The translations under genes were made by a program, and so were the position numbers. Shown piece by piece: positions 56,639 through 64,000 of a DNA stretch of 64,000 nt. Numbering within the stretch: the first letter of the stretch is position 1; each line of letters begins with the position of its first letter. The stretch is from Eledone cirrhosa. Lineage: Eukaryota. The DNA lies in contig OZ024742.1 in NCBI GenBank assembly GCA_964016885.1, positions 3,286,001 through 3,350,000 on the forward strand. The letters run 5' to 3'. The notes beneath the pieces were generated by a model. It searched no databases. It worked only from the letters and a program-made list of their open reading frames with translations, and was not told where the DNA came from.

Positions 56639-59600
56639 CATACACGGCACACATATATACATTCTTATACTGAAGTATATACGAAAGTATATATATCCAC
56701 GTGTGTATGTATGCCCTTTCATATATATTGATTATATGCAGACATCCACTAGAATGATATAATATTTGGATCTAGACCCACGACGGGAGGTCAATAAACT
56801 CTGTAACTGAAGGTCTAACTGTTTCTTTCCTGCATCGATGTCGTATCTTTACATTGTGAATTCATGTCTGCAAGTGATTGTTTTTGCATCAACTATCGGA
56901 GGGAGTAATATAAATATAAATAAGATCCCACAGGCGATTTAATCGATTATATGAGTTTCCTTTGCAAATGTGTGGCTCTCGTCCAAACTTACAAATCAAT
57001 ATTTTTTTTACGAAGCATGTTACACTTCAAATACATTACTGTCTACTTATTCCTGATATCTACAATGCTTTCCTCTCTTCATGAATATATTACATCGTAT
57101 GTTCTCGTAGTTTTAGATTATTCTTGATCATGTATACTAATAATCTAAGACACACCAGCTATGACCATCCCTCCTTCTATTCCGGTCTATATTTTCCAGC
57201 ACATTCTTTTTTAAGATGGTAGATTGTGATTTGAGGAAATTCAGCTGCTTGTTCTAGCAGATCTAGTAACTCTATATAGGTTTCCTTATTGGATGTCTGG
57301 TAATTTGGTTTTTTATTCGCTCAAATAAACTTTAATTATCTTTTCAATAAGAGTATAATTTATTCGTTTTTAAATTTATATTGACATTCTGAAAATGAAC
57401 TGTTTTGATGCTAGAGTGAAATGTAATTTTATGAAATAATGTCTAAGTTTATGTCGCTCATAGCCGTTCTTTATTGCATGGTACTATAAGACCACCATTA
57501 CTGTATACACCACTTTAGTTTTCAATTTAGTATACTGGAGCAACGCACAACCCGGTGTAGGAATTGAACCGACGATATTATGATGTTAAGACCGATCAAG
57601 CCCTTCACCTACGACACATATGAAAATGATACCCGTGAGATCCCATTGAACTGTAAATTGAGACAATTGGATATTATTTGGGTGGACGATAATTATTCCA
57701 CGGAAGTGTTCCGAAGGAATTTATGTTTATTTCTTACGAGTGTGGAAGGAAGGAAAATGTAATGGATCCACATATATTTCTACGATGATTGTTTTTGTTC
57801 TTCAATCAACGGAACAGCCTGCTTGTCTAAGTGGCTGGACATTCCACTGACACGTGTACTCTTAAATGAATTATCAGAGAGTGTCAGCGTGTGTCACGTC
57901 TAATTGTTTGATTTACAGGAATATTCCAGCTCTCGGGCATCCAAACAGTTTCCGTCTCTCCAATTCCATACGCATTGTTTCCACCAACTTGAAGTTATAC
58001 TACAAAACCGCAAGATACCCCATAGAGTGATTGAACTGGAGACCTAATGAAAACGAAGGTAACTCTTTAACCACTCATCCCTACTGTATACTCAGTGTGG
58101 GAAGAGTGTATTAAGAACCTAGTATGTCGGGACTTTGCCCTACGTCTGGGATTGAAGGAAGAAATAGAATTTTATGTCTGTTTGGAAGTAAAATAATAAA
58201 ACCAAAGAGAATGTAGAATTTAACATAATTATTTTTTTTTAAATGTTCAAGTGTTATTTTTTAAAGAAGGAACGCTGACTGGCCTTTTCATAGGAGATCG
58301 ATGACATGACAACACAGATAAATACCGTCCATGTTTTATTTTTTTATACTTTGGAAAAAATCAATCAGCAGGAAAGGAATTCCAGTGGGATAATATTCTG
58401 GGGAGGAAGGAATAGATGTGGGCGTTGGTGTTGGAAGTGGGTGTTTGAACACAACACAGATGATGAGTGGAAGAGAGACGAATAAGAGCCTAAACGGAAC
58501 TGAAACCAATATAGTAAGGGAAGAAGAGACAACGAGGAGACAACATGTGGGAGAGTAAAGAGGGAAGGTGGAGACAAAGCGGGAAGAGAGTCCGATGTAT
58601 GGAGTTGAAGCTAGAGGTAGTGAGGCAGAAAGTATAAGGAGCTCATACATTTATGTGACAATCCCAAAATCTATTACCTCTCTGGTATACGAAAATGTTT
58701 AAAAAAAATTGTAACTGTCAATTTCAACAAAATTTCGTTGCATTTATCTAACAACTTTTATTATGGAATGCATCTTTTGATGAAGAAATAAAAACATTGT
58801 TTGAAATAAGAGAAAATTATATCACCACAACAACGGGAACGATTTTATCAAATGAGCTAAAAACATCTCTCCTCAGCCTCCACCCCAAACTTATCTTAAA
58901 ACATGCTCTAGCCTAGCAAAGAAGAGATAATGAGATTTTAGCAAATCTAATCATCGTTTTTGTTTTGCTTGGAAAATGATTTGAAAATGTGCTGCAGAGA
59001 AAACAACGGAAGATTATTTGTGCTTGAAATCAATGGCATAGAATTGCTGAGGAAAACTTTGAAATTAGCTGAGAAATTGAGAAAGTGATGCTAAATATGA
59101 CATATGAAAAAAAAACAGGGGAAAGCTAACGAACAAAAAGCTGGTGAAGAATCTATAAAACAGCAAAAATAATAGAAAACAGAAATAAGGAGAAATAGAA
59201 AGGAAATATATTTTATTTTCAATGAATTGTTTCATTCTTTGTAACACATTAACTCTTTCACTACCGATGTTATTATCTTTAGGTCAATTTGTAACGGAAA
59301 AGTAACAAGTAACAAGCTTTATAACTACAATTGTCCCCAGCGTCCACCAAATTTACACCTTCGGGTGTTCCATTTGTGTATATACCGGAAAAGGTAAATG
59401 TATTTTTATAGATGTTTAATATTAAATTAATTTGTAAAATAATTACAATCTCTTAATAGGAATATTTCTGTTATATAAGACACAACAGTCCTGAGATTAT
59501 ATATATATGTATATGTTGTTATACATGGGGAGGGTCATATTTGTGTAATAATATTGCCAGAATTAATAACAGAACACACTCATTGTTTGGTTGGTTTTCG

Positions 59601-59717
59601 CTTCTGTGTCTTTTATATCGGTTAATTTAATTTATTCGGTCCTCAATGTTACTATTGACTGACCAACGGTAAAAAATACAGATACAATATAGACACAAAC
59701 ACATATATATAGTCTAA

Positions 59718-60013
59718 CAAAGTTCTTTCGTTGCACATCTGCAACATCGTCAATGGAGCTATTATGTTTCCTCCCGTTGCATTGTATGCCTACGCCATCT
59801 TTATTTAGTCTGTTTATTTATTTATTTATTTGTTTATTTTTTTGTCGTCTCTGCGCATGCGTTTGCGTGTGTGTATAGTGTTTTGTTTGATGTGTGTTCG
59901 TGTATATATGTATATGTATATGTTCTTTCGTTACACATCTGCAACATCGTCAGTGGTGCTATTATGTTTCCTCCCGTTGCATTGTATGCCTACGCCATCT
60001 TTATTTAGTCTGT

Positions 60014-60044
<31 letters not shown>

Positions 60045-60160
60045 TCTATTTATTTATTTGTTTATTTGTTTGTCTTCTCTACGCATGCGTTTGCGTGTGT
60101 GTATAGTGTTTTGTTTGATGTGTGTTCGTGTATATATATATATGTACATGTATATATTCA
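59718..60160 (-). ncRNA. tandem ~200-bp pseudo-LTR units, each with an HHR (59718-59756 and 59922-59956), related to family H
   Basis: Reverse complements: TTGACGA-T-GTTGCA gatg TGCAAC-GAAA-GAACTT-TG and CTGACGA-T-GTTGCA gatg TGTAAC-GAAA-GAAC (second copy truncated after stem III). Confidence 0.62.
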
Positions 60161-60697
60161 GATGCCAATAAATAACATATGCTGCTGCACACGACCACCC
60201 CACCACCACCACTTCAACTTGTTAGTCGCCGTCCACTTATTCCTGGGAGAGACCTGGACGCAGAGTTAACCAATAGAAAGTTAATAATTGGCCAAATGGT
60301 AAAATAGTAGTAATTGAAGCTTATTTTAGGGGTGAAAATAGGTCAGGTGGTCAGTAAAAGGTATACAAGCAGTTGCTGTTATAAAATAGTAATACCAATA
60401 CAAATATCTAAGGTGACTAAAGTTTTAAGATAAGAATGTTAGTGAAAAAAATACATCTATGAAAAGAATATAAATTAATTTAATTGATGGGTATATTTAT
60501 ATTGATAAAATTATACTAATACATATAGATATGATAAATAAGAGTTAGATGCAGTTGAAAAGTGCTGTTAAAGATGAGGGGAAATTAAAAGAATATAAAA
60601 ATAATATATATATATATATATACTTATATCTATATATATATATATACATATATATACACATACTCACACACATATACACACATATATATATATATAT

Positions 60698-60756
<59 letters not shown>

Positions 60757-61169
60757 CATGCATATATACATACATACACATATATATACACACACACACA
60801 TACACACTTACATATACATATAATTATTGGGGGGGGGGATTAAATTTATTAGTGAGAAATAATAAATATATATAGTTTTCAAGGAACATAGAGTCATAAC
60901 CTGAAGTTAAAGCATTATATATGTTTACTTAATGGTATCAGTTTTAGGAAATATTTGTAAGAAGGAAAGCAAAATTATGTAGTTCATCAGTAGTAGAATA
61001 TTAATTATAGGTTAACTAAATTAAAAATAGTTTATATATTAATTTCTAAAGTGTATATTAATTAGGTTTATAATATTTAAAGCAGAATTATGTAGTTCAT
61101 CAGTAGTAGAATATTAATTATAGTTAACTAAATTAAAAATAGTTCATATATTAATTTCTAAAGTGTATA

Positions 61170-62462
61170 TTAATTAGGTTTATAATATTTAAAGGTTTTT
61201 CTCAGTTTATGATTACACGATATTATTAATTCCTGTCGCTTATTTAATAGGATATCCTTAGATTTCATTATTTCAAAAAGTTCTTGGGAACATAATCTAC
61301 ATTCATATCTACTATTTTGATAAGGGGTGGCCCTTTTGAGCACACTCCAGGTCAGGTCATAATCTATATTCCTCTTTCTATAACTATTAATTATTTCAGC
61401 TAGAGATGTTGTATTAGCTAGTGCGGCATTTTTAAAACTATGTTTGTGGGTATTAAATCTTACCTTAAATTTGTTAGAGGTAGCTCCTATATATGAATAA
61501 ATTGAGTCCTTAGTGTTAACTTTACATTTATATACTATGTTATTAACAAGGCAATTTCCTTTTAATGGACAGTTTGCCTTGTTTCTACAGTTACAAGTTT
61601 TCGTGAATCCTGTATCTGAGGAGATATTATGGTTAGTTTGATGTACTGGTGGTATACTCATGGTTTGTTTACACTTACATGCATTATAGGCACTTATATT
61701 TTGTTTTATGTTTTTGGTTGTTGAGTAGGAGAATTTAACCGTTGATTTATCTAAGATTTGATGGTATTTGTGGTTTGGCGGGATGTTTTTCTCTAGGATA
61801 TTAAAGAATTTTTTAGGTATATTATCCTTAATTTGTAAATTAAATGGAGCATTAGACCAAGTAACTCGTCTATTACGGTTTCGATGTTGTTTATTGTTTT
61901 TATAGGATGCATCCTGATTTTTTTTAAGAGAATTATTGTTAATGACCTCACCACACACATTTTTAGTTAGATTTATTGATTTAGGTGTTTTAGCTTGTTT
62001 ATGAGGAGTTTTATTATTAACATTTATTAGAGTTGTAGGATGAGTAGTTTTTTGAGAGTTACTATACTGTATATTAGAAGAGTTAGAGAAATTTGGTTTT
62101 ATGTTGGTGTTTTGGGGTATAGTGTGAGTGGCATTTAGGTGTGTATGTTTCATTTGGTGTTTGTTGGTAACATTAGGTTGTATGTTTGTAGTGTTATTGG
62201 TGGAAGGTATATATACTAATCTATTTTTGTGGCCACTTCTAGCTAGAGCTTCGTTATAAAAGGTCGCATTTTTATCAAATACATCTTGGTTAGACGAAAG
62301 GTTAGAAATTCTAAGTGATATATTATATGCAAGGTTTTTAAGGATATATTTAGGGTGATTAGATTGTGAGTGTATGTAGTGTAAATTTTGGTTGGGTTTA
62401 TGGTATGGTTGGTAGATACCGGTAGATAAGTCCAATGTTATATCTAGGGAATTAACTACTTT
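61170..62462 (-). mobile_element. 5'-truncated Penelope-like element ORF (RT thumb, Asn/Thr-rich linker, GIY-YIG), frame intact
   Basis: VVNSLDITLDL, PYHKPNQ, SNHPKYI, CNCRNKANCPLKGNC, NIVYKC..YIGAT, CRLC. Homologous to the 54340 element. 3' tail extends leftwards to ~60268. Confidence 0.92.
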
Positions 62463-62472
62463 ACTTGTGTTT

Positions 62473-64000
<1,528 letters not shown>

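Overview
Eukaryotic, AT-rich, repeat-dominated DNA with no recognisable host gene. The SINE families and (TA)n density suggest an octopus or other cephalopod genome (inference). Positions 1-24.4 kb are a huge 15-bp tandem array (GTTGAAGAC-A[A/G]C-AAC) with nested higher-order structure: variant cassettes, 0.1-2.7 kb modules ending in a 14-bp monomer, and a ~6.4-6.9 kb super-repeat. One unannotated frame of the array reads as an acidic (VEDNN/VEDSN)n peptide. Positions 24.4-64 kb are a nest of Penelope-like retroelements (PLEs; RT + C-terminal GIY-YIG) from at least 5 sequence families, their pseudo-LTR fragments, tRNA-derived SINEs, a Helitron remnant and microsatellites. The main hidden signal is about 16 hammerhead ribozyme (HHR) motifs from 8-9 sequence families in 32 kb. 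Many are back-to-back in long inverted repeats or palindromes bounded by (TA)n. They include a U3-A8 compensatory-core variant, a variant with a ~100-nt stem II and one near-textbook HHR. All HHR calls are by eye and need covariance-model and cleavage confirmation.
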